Source: Eledone cirrhosa (Eukaryota). Taken from it: DNA of 64,000 nucleotides. Below, one piece after another: positions 17,610-30,771 of the stretch (its first letter is position 1; the number at the start of each line of letters is the position of its first letter). Below the pieces are notes generated by a model that was given only the letters and a program-made list of their open reading frames with translations, did not search any database and was not told the origin of the DNA. Location: positions 31,744,001 to 31,808,000 of the forward strand of contig OZ024741.1 in NCBI GenBank assembly GCA_964016885.1, written 5' to 3'. A program made the position numbers and the translations under genes.

Positions 17610-19799
17610 TTGTTTCGTTGACAAGTATATTAATGTGCACAGACACACAGATATATTGTCCTTGGTATGACAGTGTGGTTTTAGCTCAAAGTAGGATGAT
17701 TAGTATACTAGAAAGCCGTTATAAGTTTAGGAATAACCAAAGAGTGTTAAGAAATATATTGTTTTATTTGCTAACAGTGTTTCTTCCATACCCTAGGGCA
17801 GGAATCATCGGAGCCTATAAACAAAAATATATCAAAGGTTGCAGGCTCCATCGAGCCTGATCACTAGAACAAGAATGAAGGACAAGTACGGGGGTTCCAG
17901 GCCAGCGCTGTATAGAACAACACACAGTACATGATACATATAATGTCATAAAAAATTACATCAAAAGTTTATCACATAAATGGTGCAATAGATCATAAGG
18001 AGGTTGAGAGAGGAGAGCAAGAAATGAATGAGGGTGTTACTCAGCATGATCAAAAAACAAACCAAGCATAGACACATCAATTCATACGCAGTGCAAATAT
18101 ATGATTTACAGGCAGAGTAAGAAAGCTTGTAAGCAGGAGTCAGTAAAAAGAAAAGTTGGTTAGCTGTGGAGGCAGGATTGTTTATAGGAAAGATGGTGCA
18201 CTCCAGTAGTATCGCCTTGTAACATGTCGATTTCTCCATATCAGATCACCACCCTCCATCCATTGGTTGAAGTTCCAAGCATTGGTGACATAATACTAGG
18301 TTTCCAAACACACGCATAGAGGATTTCTCCACAGAGGCAGTCTGCAGCAAACACCTTAACTCTAAAATAGAATACAATGAAGTAAGGTAAAGTAAAGTAG
18401 AGTCCATGTACTACTGGTACTCCAATGAAGAAAGTGAAAATAAAACAGGTCCACAATATCTGCTCTGTTTTAAAGTCTTCACGTTCGGTTACGCAACCCA
18501 ACATCCCACGTGAAATACACAGTATGGCCGAGTCGGCATCGAACTAAAGTGCCATACCATATGTAAATATACCACAGTAAATGCTATTCGTAATGGCTAG
18601 TCAGTCTCGTAGACAGAAAGCGTATATAGAAAACTCCGCCTAAGGAATTACCTAGGGCAGAGTGAAGGAAAAGCAGTGATGGTTGCGTTAATAGACGAGC
18701 TTATTACAATAAGTGTAAATTTCTGGTGTGTGCAAGTACTGCAGAAGATATAGTAAACTCTAGGCTAGAACTATCAATGACAACAATGTTGTTTACATGT
18801 CCAGCATGTGGTTTTCGTGTAGATCACTGAATCTGGAGGTTGTGATCTTTTCACAGTCGGGTATAACCCCTCCTGGGTCGGCTGGAAGTCAATATCAACT
18901 GTCGCACATTGCCTTTAATGTAGTTTTATAATTTATCATATTTGCAGCACAATTCATATTCCACAATTTCAAAAGTTACCTTCTCGTTAATAACTCCCAA
19001 CGGTTTTCAAAATACGAGCGCAGGAAGTCGTTGTGCGCTTATGAAAAGTATGGGAGGCACCTCGCGTCATAAAGGGCGGATTCATTAGATATCCCTGGGA
19101 CGCTTGGGGCAAATCCGTTGTTCGATTCAAACCCTTCCGGGGTTTGATCGATCATGTGGCACTTAGTCCACTCGAATGGCTCACATTGTTCACTATATTA
19201 TCTCACACCTTATGTTCAAGGCTATCTGGACCCAAGATGCTCAGGCCATCCACCTTATAGTTGCGGCGCAGTATGTTGGGCTTTCGATAAACTATTATGC
19301 TATGCTATCAGTTAGCTTACAATGGGAATGTTTAGAAACCTTATCCCGTTGGTTAGTATGGGTAGGTGCCCGCATAGGGTCAAACTGTGCTGGGTAGAGT
19401 GAAAAGGCCTTAAGTAGGTTGTACCATATGGGTTATTGGCTTAAGGTAAAAGATGATTAAGGTAGAAGAGAAAGAAAAAAGTAAGAGAGAAGGTAAGTGA
19501 GAAAGAAAAGAGAAGAGCCAATATACGCTTGAAGGACTCTAATTGGTGGACCGGAGGAGATCTACCTCAGTTAAGGTTGCATACGTGGGTTTGGTGTGCT
19601 GTTGGGAGAATCGTAGAGGCATGCTATGGGTAGACCCCCATGCGGATGCCTAGAGTATGGGAATGAGGATGAGGGGAGGTATTGCCATCTATGACGACCC
19701 GGCCCACATGTAAAGAAACGTAGACTGGGGTAGGGTCGGGTGAGGGTTGCCAGAGGTCAGGCGGACCTAAGAGAGGCGCCCAGTGAGGTGCTGAAGCAG

Positions 19800-20903
19800 G
19801 TCATGTCGTACAAGGTTGCTCTAGGAGGGTACAGTGTCGTATATGGTCATCTAATGGGTAATGTGAGTCTACCCATTTCAGTTATGGTTACAGAGTAATT
19901 AGGATTAAGGTCTGTACGGCGATGATTTAGTGATAACTCTCCAATTAAGCGTGTATTGAATATTGGTGTTCTTCAGGTGAGAGATGTAACTAGCTAGGGA
20001 TGTGGTATTCTTAAGTCTATCATGTCTAAACGTATAACGATGGGAGTTGTAACTAGTCTTAAAGGAGGTCGATGTAGATCCTATATATGTTTTGGAAGAG
20101 GTCCGAGTTGTAACATCACAAGTGTAGACAATATTATTTATAACGCATAGCCCCTTCAGGGGGCACTCCGCCTTTCGTCTACTGTTACAGTTGCGGTGTA
20201 TGTTATTCTGCAACCGTACATCAGATGTGTGGATAGCACTGTAGGGTGACGCCGCATCCGGTCCATCCAGTGGCTGCAGGTATCCCGTAGATGCAATGGT
20301 ATCGAAACCCTTTCTAATTTTTTCGTTGTTTGTGAGGGTTAGGTGACAAGAAAAATTTGGAGTGGTGGAGAATGATAGCTTAACTGTGTTTTCATTAAAG
20401 ATTATATGGTATTTACTACCGGGGGAGGGGGGTTTTTTTCCAAGATCGCAAAGAATGCCTTTGGTATATTGGTTAATATCTCCGAGTTGTAAGGTGGATT
20501 AAAGTAGGAATTTAATCTTCGTCTATTTTTTCTATTTTTCGTACTGGGGGAAGAGTTAGCACCGCGCATATACGCACTACCTTCTGTGGTAGAGAGATCC
20601 TGCGGTGGTAACCTTACCCTAAGGGGTTTCCTGGTTTCCCTGTCACTCCTATTGTATCTCGAGTTTCTAGCGTTTATCCTACTGTTAGTATTATTGCTAC
20701 ACCGAGGACGCGTGTTAGATGAAATCGGTTTGGGTTGGTCAGAGCCGCTTAGTGTACCCATGTTGTTCCTATTTTTGTGTCTGCTTCTATTATGCAAAGC
20801 CATATTGTGCGTAATTACACTATTAGGCCCGGCCCTGGTAGTTTGGGAGTTGTAAGGTATATAGTAAATTTCATTCCTCAAACCGGACTTTGCTAGTGCC
20901 TCA

Positions 20904-20910
<7 letters not shown>
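19800..20910 (-). pseudogene. Decayed Naiad-type PLE thumb/linker plus GIY-YIG
   Basis: ORF 20402-20989 contains ALAKSG..RRRLNSYFNPPYNSEILTNI. ORF 19905-20213 contains CPLKGLC..IVYTCDV..TYIGSTSTSFKT. Non-coding 17670-19800 may be its 3' UTR (not verified). Confidence 0.8.
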
Positions 20911-20934
<24 letters not shown>

Positions 20935-20936
<2 letters not shown>

Positions 20937-21129
20937 CGAAGGATGTGTGGTAAGGAACCAGATGGACTATAAAGCACCAGTGTACTCAATACTTAGGGTA
21001 GTAGAGTGGGTAATAGGAAAATGTTTAACCCCGACGGCGGCAGAGCTCAAGCCGTTTCGACGGCTATTTCAGTCCAGAAATAGCCGTCGAAACGGCTTGA
21101 GCTCTCCGTCAGGGTTAAACATTTTCCTA
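20935..21129. repeat. Fold-back element (about 55-bp arms plus a one-sided tail); same family as 37506-37700
   Basis: Palindrome 21014-21129 with a loop at 21071-21076; (TA)n on both sides. Confidence 0.8.
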
Positions 21130-21134
21130 TATAT

Positions 21135-21239
<105 letters not shown>

Positions 21240-21326
21240 GTATATGTATATTCCTGCTATATCAAGCGTTAACCTAATATATCCCTTCCATATACTGTAC
21301 TGATTGTGTTGTTATTTCTGTTTACC

Positions 21327-21395
<69 letters not shown>

Positions 21396-21420
21396 TATAT
21401 ATGGGGAGAGAGAGATGCCT

Positions 21421-21499
<79 letters not shown>

Positions 21500-21632
21500 C
21501 GTGAGTATTCGGCAAACTGATGTAGGTCGACAGAATAAACTACCAGTTAAGTATTGGGTTGATATAATCACTTTCTCCTCCCACCAAAATTGCTGAGCTA
21601 AGCTGGAAAACATGATTAACTACCAATTAACA

Positions 21633-21857
21633 AGGGCGGTGGATTGGCAGTATCGTTAGAGGGTCAGACGCCATGCTTTGCAGCAAAGAGTTACGATCCT
21701 TTATGACCTGAGTTCAAATCCCGCCGAGGTTAACTTTGCCTTTCATCCTTACAGGGTCGGTAAAATAAAGTACCAGTCATGCACTGGGGTCTATTTAATC
21801 GACGTTCCCTTCCTCCAAAATGTATGGCCTTGTGCGTATATAAGAAACCATTATTAA
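21633..21857 (+). mobile_element. tRNA-derived SINE (longer 3' variant)
   Basis: Head and core of the 5218 family with an extended 3' part. Confidence 0.9.
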
Positions 21858-22574
21858 CTATCGTCAAATAGAGACGGCAGCTTTGACCGGGTTTATCTTC
21901 CGTCTAAACTTAGAGGTTTCAATGTCAGATAAAGCTCTCTTAAATCACATACAGGCGATCTCATAATGTGTCCTTCGCATAGCATGCTACATACTTTTCA
22001 AAACTGTTTCTCACCCACCGTGGATATAATTTCTCACATAGATTAAATACAGAGTCCCTATGTCTTCTAATGATTTCATCAAATTTGAATTTTTTCACAT
22101 AAAATATAACAGCCACATCTCCAGTAAATATAGAAAACAGAAAATTTAACAGGGCAACGATGTCGCTATATATGCAATATTTGATTATACAGAGCGATTG
22201 CCGGTCCAGCATAAATTTGTTTGTTGAAAAAATATTAATTTCACCACCAACACCACCATCACCTCCGCCACCACCACCACTACCACAAAACTTAGCTAGA
22301 GACAAACCAAGAGCAGCAACAACACCATCACTACAGTACTTCTATTCCATCACCACCGTCATCACTGCATCATCGCTACCACCACTATTCCCTCACTACC
22401 TCCTGGAGTGGGAAGGTAGTAGTAGTGCCTAGAAAGGCGATAGCTACCAAAAGATATAAATAGACTGATTTAGTGACTCGGTCAAACATAGCCAACAATA
22501 ACACCATAATAATAATAATTATTGTCGTTGTGTCTCTAAACTCTCTCAAAATGTTTAGTTTAAACGATGACAAA

Positions 22575-22832
22575 TAATTGTTTATACTTCAGGCACAAGT
22601 CCAGCAATTACCCAGTGCATTACTGGTACATAATAATAATAATTGTTTCTACGTTTTGTCACAAGGCCAGCACTTACCCAGTGCATTACTGGTACTTTAT
22701 TTTATCGACCCCGTAATGATGAAAGGCAAATTTAACATTGGCGGGATTTAAACTCAGAATGGCAAGGGCCGTAACTCTATACGTCAAAGCATGGCGTCCG
22801 ACCCTCTACCGATAGTGCCAATCCACCGCCCT
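22575..22832 (-). mobile_element. tRNA-derived SINE plus an extra 3' fragment
   Basis: Reverse complement of the 5218 family at 22640-22832, with a tail fragment at 22575-22630. Confidence 0.85.
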
Positions 22833-22925
22833 GATAAGACCTCTTCCACCTTCAGATCTCTTTAAGTAGAATCTATGGAAGATGCTGTAGATAGTCAATA
22901 GCTTCCTAGTCTTCCTATTCATAGG
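22833..22925 (-). pseudogene. R4/Dong-like LINE fragment
   Basis: MNRKTRKLLTIYSIFHRFYLKRSEGGRGLI resembles the post-RT motif (RKTRK.LT..H..RLY..R..GGRGL). Confidence 0.6.
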
Positions 22926-22999
22926 GGAACGATTAAACGATTGAACGATTAAATGAACACTGGCGAGAACTCTAAGATAGAAAAGACTCATCAGTACTC

Positions 23000-23510
23000 C
23001 ACCAACATGCTAAAATAGAACATAAGAGCAAATTAGAGAACATAGAAATAAAAATAGAATCTACACACAGAAAAGACGCAATATTTTGACGAATCACGGA
23101 GGCAATAAACATAAATAAACTCCAACCAAAATTAAATAAGAAACATGAATGGATAGCAACATCACAACTTACAATTAAGGACAAAATTACAACACACACA
23201 TAGAACAAACAACTAACTAGTAACATGTAAATCAACAAATAAATAAACAAATAAAAACACACACAGACACCCGGATGTAACACATGCGCAACTAAGCACA
23301 AAACACACACAAAAACAAGAGGCGTAGGACAGAATCCCAGTCACTGAAGAAGTCACAGAATGTGTGACGAAAGAACTTTGACAATATAGGAACAACCATC
23401 CGGTTGTAGAACCAACCAACCAACCGGAAATTTATAACAAATCGAAGTGAAAGCAATGGTGCGTGTGTTTCTTATTGGCAACATGACCTTCTCAAAGTAT
23501 AATAATAATA
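23000..23510 (+). mobile_element. PLE pLTR fragment with an HHR at 23340-23382
   Basis: GTCA-CTGAAGA-AGTCAC..GTGAC-GAAA-GAACTT-TGAC. Homologous to the reverse complement of 36018-36285; ends in (TA)n. The left boundary is approximate. Confidence 0.7.
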
Positions 23511-24030
23511 TATATATATATAGAGAGAGAGAGAGAAAATTGAAGTTGGTAATGACACATGGAATATATAAGAGACAGAATACTTTTTTGTGAAAAAACA
23601 TAATTTTATAAGGTAAGGAAATAATAAAGGGTATAAAAAATGACCGGTTTCGATGGGTCTGCAAAAGCCATCTTTTCAAATGTTGATTAATATTAAGAAA
23701 AATTAATAATACGAAGAGTTAAAATTTGAGACTTGAAAATTCAAGTATAAAATTCATTGTGGGATTTCATAGCAGTTTTCATCTAGGTAGCAACAACAGG
23801 TTGACTGCTGTGTCCCTTTCTGGTAGTGAATGAGAAGTTATTTGGGGTGTGGGTTATTTTATAAAGGTCAGATTTAGCAATCACCAACTGGCCAGCTGCT
23901 GGTCAGTGAGGGGGTGGAAGCAATATACATACACATATCTTCCTGTGGTGGGTAGGAGAGTGGAGCGTGATAGAAAGGGATTTAGTGCACTTACACCTAT
24001 ATATACACACATACCTTCATCCACACATAC

Positions 24031-24097
<67 letters not shown>

Positions 24098-24172
24098 CAC
24101 ACATACATACACACACACATACATATACATACACACATACACACACACACATATATACACATACACACACAC

Positions 24173-24203
<31 letters not shown>

Positions 24204-24274
24204 TATATATACATACACATACATCCAGATACACACATACATACACACACACACACATATATATATATATACAC

Positions 24275-24308
<34 letters not shown>

Positions 24309-24337
24309 CCACACATACATACACACACACACACATA

Positions 24338-25957
24338 AACGATGCATGTGACACCTCAACCAACAATTACATTGAACTAACACCACCAGAAGACCTAAAA
24401 CTCAGGCCAATTATAGCAGGCCCTACATGTGAAACCCACAGACTTAGCAACTTTCTGGACATCCTACTGAAACCCTTTCTACAACATATACAGAGCTACA
24501 TACGAGATGACCTTGACATGCTGAAACACCTCCCTAAAACAGTAAGTGCAAATACAATTCTTGTCTCCTTTGACGTAATAAACCTCTACACAAACATACC
24601 TCACAACTATGGAATAACAGCAGTCCAATACTGGCTTAACACACACCCATCAGAAATACCGACACGCATCAACACAGATTTTATCACTGACGGACTCCGC
24701 TTTATCCTACAAAATAACTACTTCACATTCAATGGTTCAACATACAGACAAGTATCAGGTACGGCAATGGGCACGAAAGTAGCACCCACATATGCCAACC
24801 TAGTCATGGGATTCCATGAACAACAAATATACAGTCAGTCCCTTCTCTTATTTGGAGACTCTTTCCACACACATCTCAAAGCCAATTGGAAAAGATATCT
24901 AGACGACTGCTTTATCCTATGGCAAGAAGACATGAACTCACTTACTACGTTTAAAAACATGATAAACAACATAGATAATAACATACAATTCACAATGGAA
25001 TCCAATCCTAAGGAATTAGCCTTCTTGGATATTCTCATCTCTGTAATAGACGGGAAATTAGATACAGATATATTCTATAAACCCACAGATTCCAAGCAAT
25101 ACTTCTTTTTCACATCAAGTCACCCAAAACATACAAAACTTAACATTCCTTACAATTTGGCCAAACGTATATGTACCATAGTATCAGATCCACCTAAACG
25201 GGAGCAAAGACTAAAGGAACTAAAAGACACCCTTATCTTAAGAGCCTTTCCACTTGAAATAATCAACAATGGAATAGACAGGGCAAAACACCTAAATCCC
25301 CATCAACTTAACAATCCAAAACAGAAAACCACACTCAACACCCTGCCATATGTATCCACTTTCAACCCCAGAAATACCGAAATGTTTGATCACCTACACA
25401 AAAACCTCCCCATCCTACTTAAAGATGTAAAAATGAAGTCTATTCTTGAAACACACAAGATCCTTAAAAGTAAAAGACAACCCAAATCACTTAAACGCAT
25501 TCTCACTGGACCAAATATACCCAAACCAATCCTCAACCCTACAGTTACCAAATGTGGTAGAACAAACTGTGGAACGTGCCTCTACCTCACTGAAGGACAA
25601 ACATTTACATTCAAAGATGGCCAAACATTTACAGTAAAAAACAATTTCACCTGCAACTCGGAGAACTTGATTTACGCAATAACTTGCGGTGGGTGCAAAC
25701 ACAACTACATAGGACAGACGGGCGTCTCATTACGCAAAAGAATGACCATCCACCGCCAACAAATCCGGGACGCTAACACAAGAAAAATCCCCTTGAGCAG
25801 CCATATTGCGAACTGCGCAGGAATGACACTACCCAACTTTAAAATCTTCCCCTTCTACAAGTGCTCAGATTCGTTCACACAGCAACAAAGAATAAACAAA
25901 GAAAATCTATTCCTTAACAAATTTAAACCAAAACTAAACGGGTTATCACCCCAATAG
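24338..25957 (+). CDS. PLE reverse transcriptase plus GIY-YIG endonuclease (N-terminally truncated, uninterrupted)
   Basis: [47 protein letters not shown], Cys linker CGRTNCGTC, and [18 protein letters not shown]. The Cys-rich linker indicates Neptune type. The track's N-terminal ~163 aa are read-through of the inverted pLTR. Confidence 0.92.
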   Translation, partial: NDACDTSTNNYIELTPPEDLKLRPIIAGPTCETHRLSNFLDILLKPFLQHIQSYIRDDLDMLKHLPKTVSANTILVSFDVINLYTNIPHNYGITAVQYWLNTHPSEIPTRINTDFITDGLRFILQNNYFTFNGSTYRQVSGTAMGTKVAPTYANLVMGFHEQQIYSQSLLLFGDSFHTHLKANWKRYLDDCFILWQEDMNSLTTFKNMINNIDNNIQFTMESNPKELAFLDILISVIDGKLDTDIFYKPTDSKQYFFFTSSHPKHTKLNIPYNLAKRICTIVSDPPKREQRLKELKDTLILRAFPLEIINNGIDRAKHLNPHQLNNPKQKTTLNTLPYVSTFNPRNTEMFDHLHKNLPILLKDVKMKSILETHKILKSKRQPKSLKRILTGPNIPKPILNPTVTKCGRTNCGTCLYLTEGQTFTFKDGQTFTVKNNFTCNSENLIYAITCGGCKHNYIGQTGVSLRKRMTIHRQQIRDANTRKIPLSSHIANCAGMTLPNFKIFPFYKCSDSFTQQQRINKENLFLNKFKPKLNGLSPQ

Positions 25958-26557
25958 AATTGTCATAAAATATAAACACACATACGCACGGAATCACTAC
26001 TATTAAAGACCAGAGACCAATTCTGTAGAATCAGGTTTATTCATTGACAGACCATGCCTTTGTGTGACCAACACATCCATGTTAAACCCTGCACGTGCAC
26101 ACACATATATCTATATATATATGCGCACACAGATTTCACCACTGTCGGTTGCGGGGCCCAATCTACATGAAGAACTCAATGTGATCAGAATGACTTGTAT
26201 TTTAATTTCACTGCCCCAACTTCTTATATTATGGAAAAAATATATGTGTCTGTATGTATATATATATATTTATATTTGAAGGCCATTTCTCTGTGTGTGG
26301 GTGTATGTATGTGTATATGTGTGTGTGTGTGTATGTGTGTGCATGTGGATGTATGTATTGTGTGTGCGTGTGTGTGTGTGTGTATGTATGTGGGTATCTG
26401 GATGTATGCGTATGTGTATATATATATATATATGCGTGTGTGTGTGTGTGTGTGTGTATATATGTGTGTGTATGTGTGTATATATATGTGTGTGTGTGTG
26501 TATGTTTGTATGTGTGTATGTATATATATATGTGTGTGTGTGTGTATGTATGTGTGG

Positions 26558-26609
<52 letters not shown>

Positions 26610-26674
26610 ATATATATATGTGTGTGTGTGTGTGTATGTATGTGTGTATCTGGATGTATGTGTATGTATATATA

Positions 26675-26717
<43 letters not shown>

Positions 26718-26788
26718 GTGTGTGTATATATGTGTGTGTGTGTATGTGTGTATGTATATGTATGTGTGTGTGTATGTATGTATGTGTG

Positions 26789-26833
<45 letters not shown>

Positions 26834-27196
26834 GTATATGTATATGTATGTATGTGTGGATGAAGGTATGTGTGTATATATAGGTGTAAGTGCACTAAAT
26901 CCCTTTCTATCACGCTCCACTCTCCTATCCACCACAGGAAGATATGTGTATGTATATTGCTTCCACCCCCTCACTGACCAGCAGCTGGCCAGTTGGTGAT
27001 TGCTAAATCTGACCTTTATAAAATAACCCACACCCCAAATAACTTCTCATTCACTACCAGAAAGGGACACAGCAGTCAACCTGTTGTTGCTACCTAGATG
27101 AAAACTGCTATGAAATCCCACAATGAATTTTATACTTGAATTTTCAAGTCTCAAATGTTAACTCTTCGTATTATTAATTTTTCTTAATATTAATCA

Positions 27197-27242
27197 ACAT
27201 TTGAAAAGATGGCTTTTGCAGACCCATCGAAACCGGTCATTT
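27197..27242 (+). ncRNA. Atypical minimal HHR-like motif in the pLTR
   Basis: TTGAAAA-GATGG..CCATC-GAAA-CCGG-TC, with palindromic stem III and weak stem I. Inverted copy at about 23640-23682. Confidence 0.5.
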
Positions 27243-27379
27243 TTTATACCCTTTATTATTTCCTTACCTTATAAAATTATGTTTTTTCACAAAAAAGTAT
27301 TCTGTCTCTTATATATTCCATGTGCCATTACCAACCTCAATTTTCTCTATAACCTTCGTTTTGTGTAGAAAATTACACT

Positions 27380-27435
<56 letters not shown>

Positions 27436-27482
27436 ATAATAATAAATGTGAAGACTTGGTCTCTTTTTCTTCAATCTGTTAA

Positions 27483-27561
<79 letters not shown>

Positions 27562-28105
27562 CGCTATTCAGCAAAGTTTCAGGAGCAAATATTTGAGCCA
27601 ATTCTAAGATCCAATGGAAGATGCTTGCTCAGGATGCTGATCAGTGGGATTAAACCCTGAATCAAATGTTTGAGAATCAAAGTTTTAACACAGGTCTTTG
27701 TCTCGACAAATGATATATAGTATTGTGAAAATAAAATTAAAATAAATACACCGACGATACTATATTATATCTAAATAGATTGTTGCTTGTTATTTTATCT
27801 TTGTATTTACATTTTGACAGATGTTATGAAATGTCACGGTAGTAAAAACTTGATATGATTAATGTTGATTACTTTAGAAAATAAAATTATGGACATTAAA
27901 CAAAATGGGATCTCTCTGACATTGTCTCTTACACATTGTCTGTCATATATTTATAATTGTCTCATTCTTTCACCCATTCTCTTTTCGTACCCTTCTTTCC
28001 CTGTTTCTTCTATCTGTCTAGTTCTCCCTTCTCTGTGCTCTTCTCTTTTTCTTTCTTCCTTCTCTATCTCACTGAATCCTTCACTATCTTTATCTCTCTC
28101 TCTCT

Positions 28106-28229
<124 letters not shown>

Positions 28230-28444
28230 ATACTGGTTATGAATCGAAGTTATAGCTGCAATATAGCAGGTACGAATCGAATTGTTTGAGGCAGTTGCAA
28301 AGCACTCAATGAAACAAGAAGCTAATACATTATCGTCCAGAGTCAAGAGTTAAAAAAGTGACACCAAAGAAAACGAACGAAGGCTGTGGCCATATTTTAC
28401 CAAAACAATAAAACACACACACGCACACATACACCTCCCTCCCC

Positions 28445-28488
<44 letters not shown>

Positions 28489-28489
<1 letters not shown>

Positions 28490-28753
28490 TTAGGTTAATA
28501 GGAGTTAGGTATTGTATACCCGTGTCCCATTAAGGTATTGGCAGCATAATAATTAGCTCTATGCTTTGGAGCAGAGCCGTATATATGATAAAGAACACAA
28601 GAGCGTCTACAACATCTTGAATGCTTGGTTGGTAGAGTCCATAACACCAATCAAACCCCTTTTATAGCTCTGACGAATCCTACGGTTACGTAAGGAAGAA
28701 ACATTGTAAGCCAATAAAAATCTTTTGATGTTGTAGACGCTCTTGTGTTCTTT

Positions 28754-28760
<7 letters not shown>
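28489..28760. mobile_element. Short inverted pLTR remnant with an HHR (+) at 28667-28711
   Basis: About 36-bp inverted arms ATATATGATAAAGAACACAAGAGCGTCTACAACATC. HHR: GCT-CTGACGA-ATCCTACG..CGTAAGGAA-GAAAC-ATT-GTA-AGC. (TA)n flanks. Confidence 0.75.
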
Positions 28761-28828
<68 letters not shown>

Positions 28829-28854
28829 ACTATATTTGGCACAATTAACAGTTT

Positions 28855-28930
28855 ATTACTGGTACTTTATTTTATCGACCCAGTAAGGATGAAAGGCAAA
28901 GTTAACCTCGGCGGGATTTGAACTCAGAGT
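28855..28930 (-). mobile_element. SINE core fragment
   Basis: Reverse complement of the B box and core of the 5218 family. Confidence 0.75.
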
Positions 28931-28939
28931 ATAAAGGTA

Positions 28940-29442
28940 CCTATTGTGTTATGTCCCAGTGTTCACTGGAAGGGATGGTATCGATGAACCGAAACCATCG
29001 TGATTTCAGAGGTTGACTCAGGCGAAAGGACTGTCCGTCTTCCGTTGATTTTTTCCCATTGTCTTTGTCCCTGCGCCCCTACTTTCAATTTATATTCTAA
29101 AGACTTAGTCATGTCTGTTCTCCTATATTTTCTCTTCTTGCCTTTTCTACACTCCACTGTCCTTCTTCGTTGTCAGCATGTTGGATTACGGTCCTTATTT
29201 CTCTCTTCTGTCTATATAGTTTTTCTCCTCTAGCCAAGCCATTGCACATTCTATATTTGTATAATTTGCCTAAAGGCATAACTTGTCTCTACCTGTTTTG
29301 TTATGTCCCAGTGTGCAATGGAATGAATGGTATCATCCTTAAATAACCGAAACCCTAGTGATTTCCAGAGGTTGACTGAGGAGATGGGACTGTACGTCTT
29401 TCAGGTTTTTTCCATTGTATTTTTCCTGTCCGCCCTTACTTT
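28940..29442. repeat. Diverged direct repeat (about 150 bp, period about 350 bp)
   Basis: TGTTATGTCCCAGTGT..ACCGAAACC..AGAGGTTGACT..GCCC.TACTTT occurs at about 28947-29085 and 29299-29442. Confidence 0.7.
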
Positions 29443-29444
29443 GA

Positions 29445-29532
<88 letters not shown>

Positions 29533-30771
29533 GAGTTAAACAAGATTCAATGAGTACATCAAAGAATGAGTTTTACAGTCGATTGGAAGCACTCTACAAG
29601 AAAATATTTTCCAGAGTTATTATTAAAATACAAATATGAATATGGTCATTAAAAGAGAAGAATTTAAAATACACCATTTTTTGGACGAAACTTCGTAATA
29701 GTGGTGTTTACCGCAACTCTAGTATATGAAGTAACTGCGCGCTTTGTACAATGGAGACCCTTTTGATTATTAATAATTATGAGACCTTAATTAACAAAAA
29801 AAGTGAATTATTCTCTAACTGCCTTCATAAAGCCTTGTCTACATTCCAAGCCTCCCATAAGACCAGGAAAAAACAGTAAGCAACCAAACTTGGTTTTTAG
29901 ACGTACATAATCAACAGTTGAAAACCTTAATGGCCTTTAATATTGCTTTATCTTATAACCATCTATAAAGGAAATACCGTTTGAATGAATGATTGATATA
30001 CATAACATATAGTTTTTTGAATATTATTAACTTTGATCCATACCATTATTTCTCTATCTTTATTTTTCTATCTATGTTTTAAATATAGTTCAAATATCCA
30101 ACCTGTAAACTTTTACGGACCTTATTTTGAACTGTGAATCATTCATGCGTTTACACTCTTTTATATATATATATATCTATTTAACTTATGCCTGTTTGAA
30201 TCTATTATCTAAGATTATAATCGTTATCATTTACCAAAAGTATACTGTCTCATTAATACTTAGTATATCTCTCTATACCTAATTTTTTGCAAATATGTTT
30301 ATATTGTATAATAACATAATCATATTATTAGTTACGTATATCTCTACATTTAGTTTTTTTGCATCTATATTAATAGTGTATAATAACTTAATCATAATTA
30401 TTATTTCGGTATAACGCTATATATAGTTTGTGCAAATATAAATATATTGTACAATAACATAATCATTATTTAGAGTTCATTCTTCCTTTAAAGGTAGAAC
30501 TAATATATATTTCTTTTATTTGCCACTAGGGCATCAAAAGTGGGACAAGTACAAAGGGGGGAGTTTACACAAAAAGGCGTCCTCAATAAGGAGGAGGCAA
30601 TAACAAAATATAAAAATAAAATAAGATATAACAAAAAATAAAATTTTTAACAAAATCCTCAATAGAGAGGAGGCGCCTTGGGGGGTCGCACACACCCCCG
30701 AAAAAAGAGTGCAACCCTTCTCCTCAGGAGCACAGAGAAGGGGTGCTCCCTTGGTCTTTCATCTTCCTCAC

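Larger units (their letters stand above)
23532..27384 (+). mobile_element. Young 5'-truncated Neptune-type PLE with an approximately 800-bp inverted pLTR
   Basis: 23532-24337 is the near-identical reverse complement of about 26530-27348. The RT+EN ORF lies between the arms. The right arm has an extra tail of about 36 nt before (TA)n. Confidence 0.92.

Noticed and set aside
21961-22305. 114-aa minus-strand ORF as a host exon
   Set aside because: No recognisable domain, partly low-complexity, and no convincing splice pair.
23849-24337. His/Thr/Tyr-rich N-terminal extension of the PLE protein (also ORF 26270-27031)
   Set aside because: This is antisense pLTR and microsatellite that happens to be in frame with the truncated RT.
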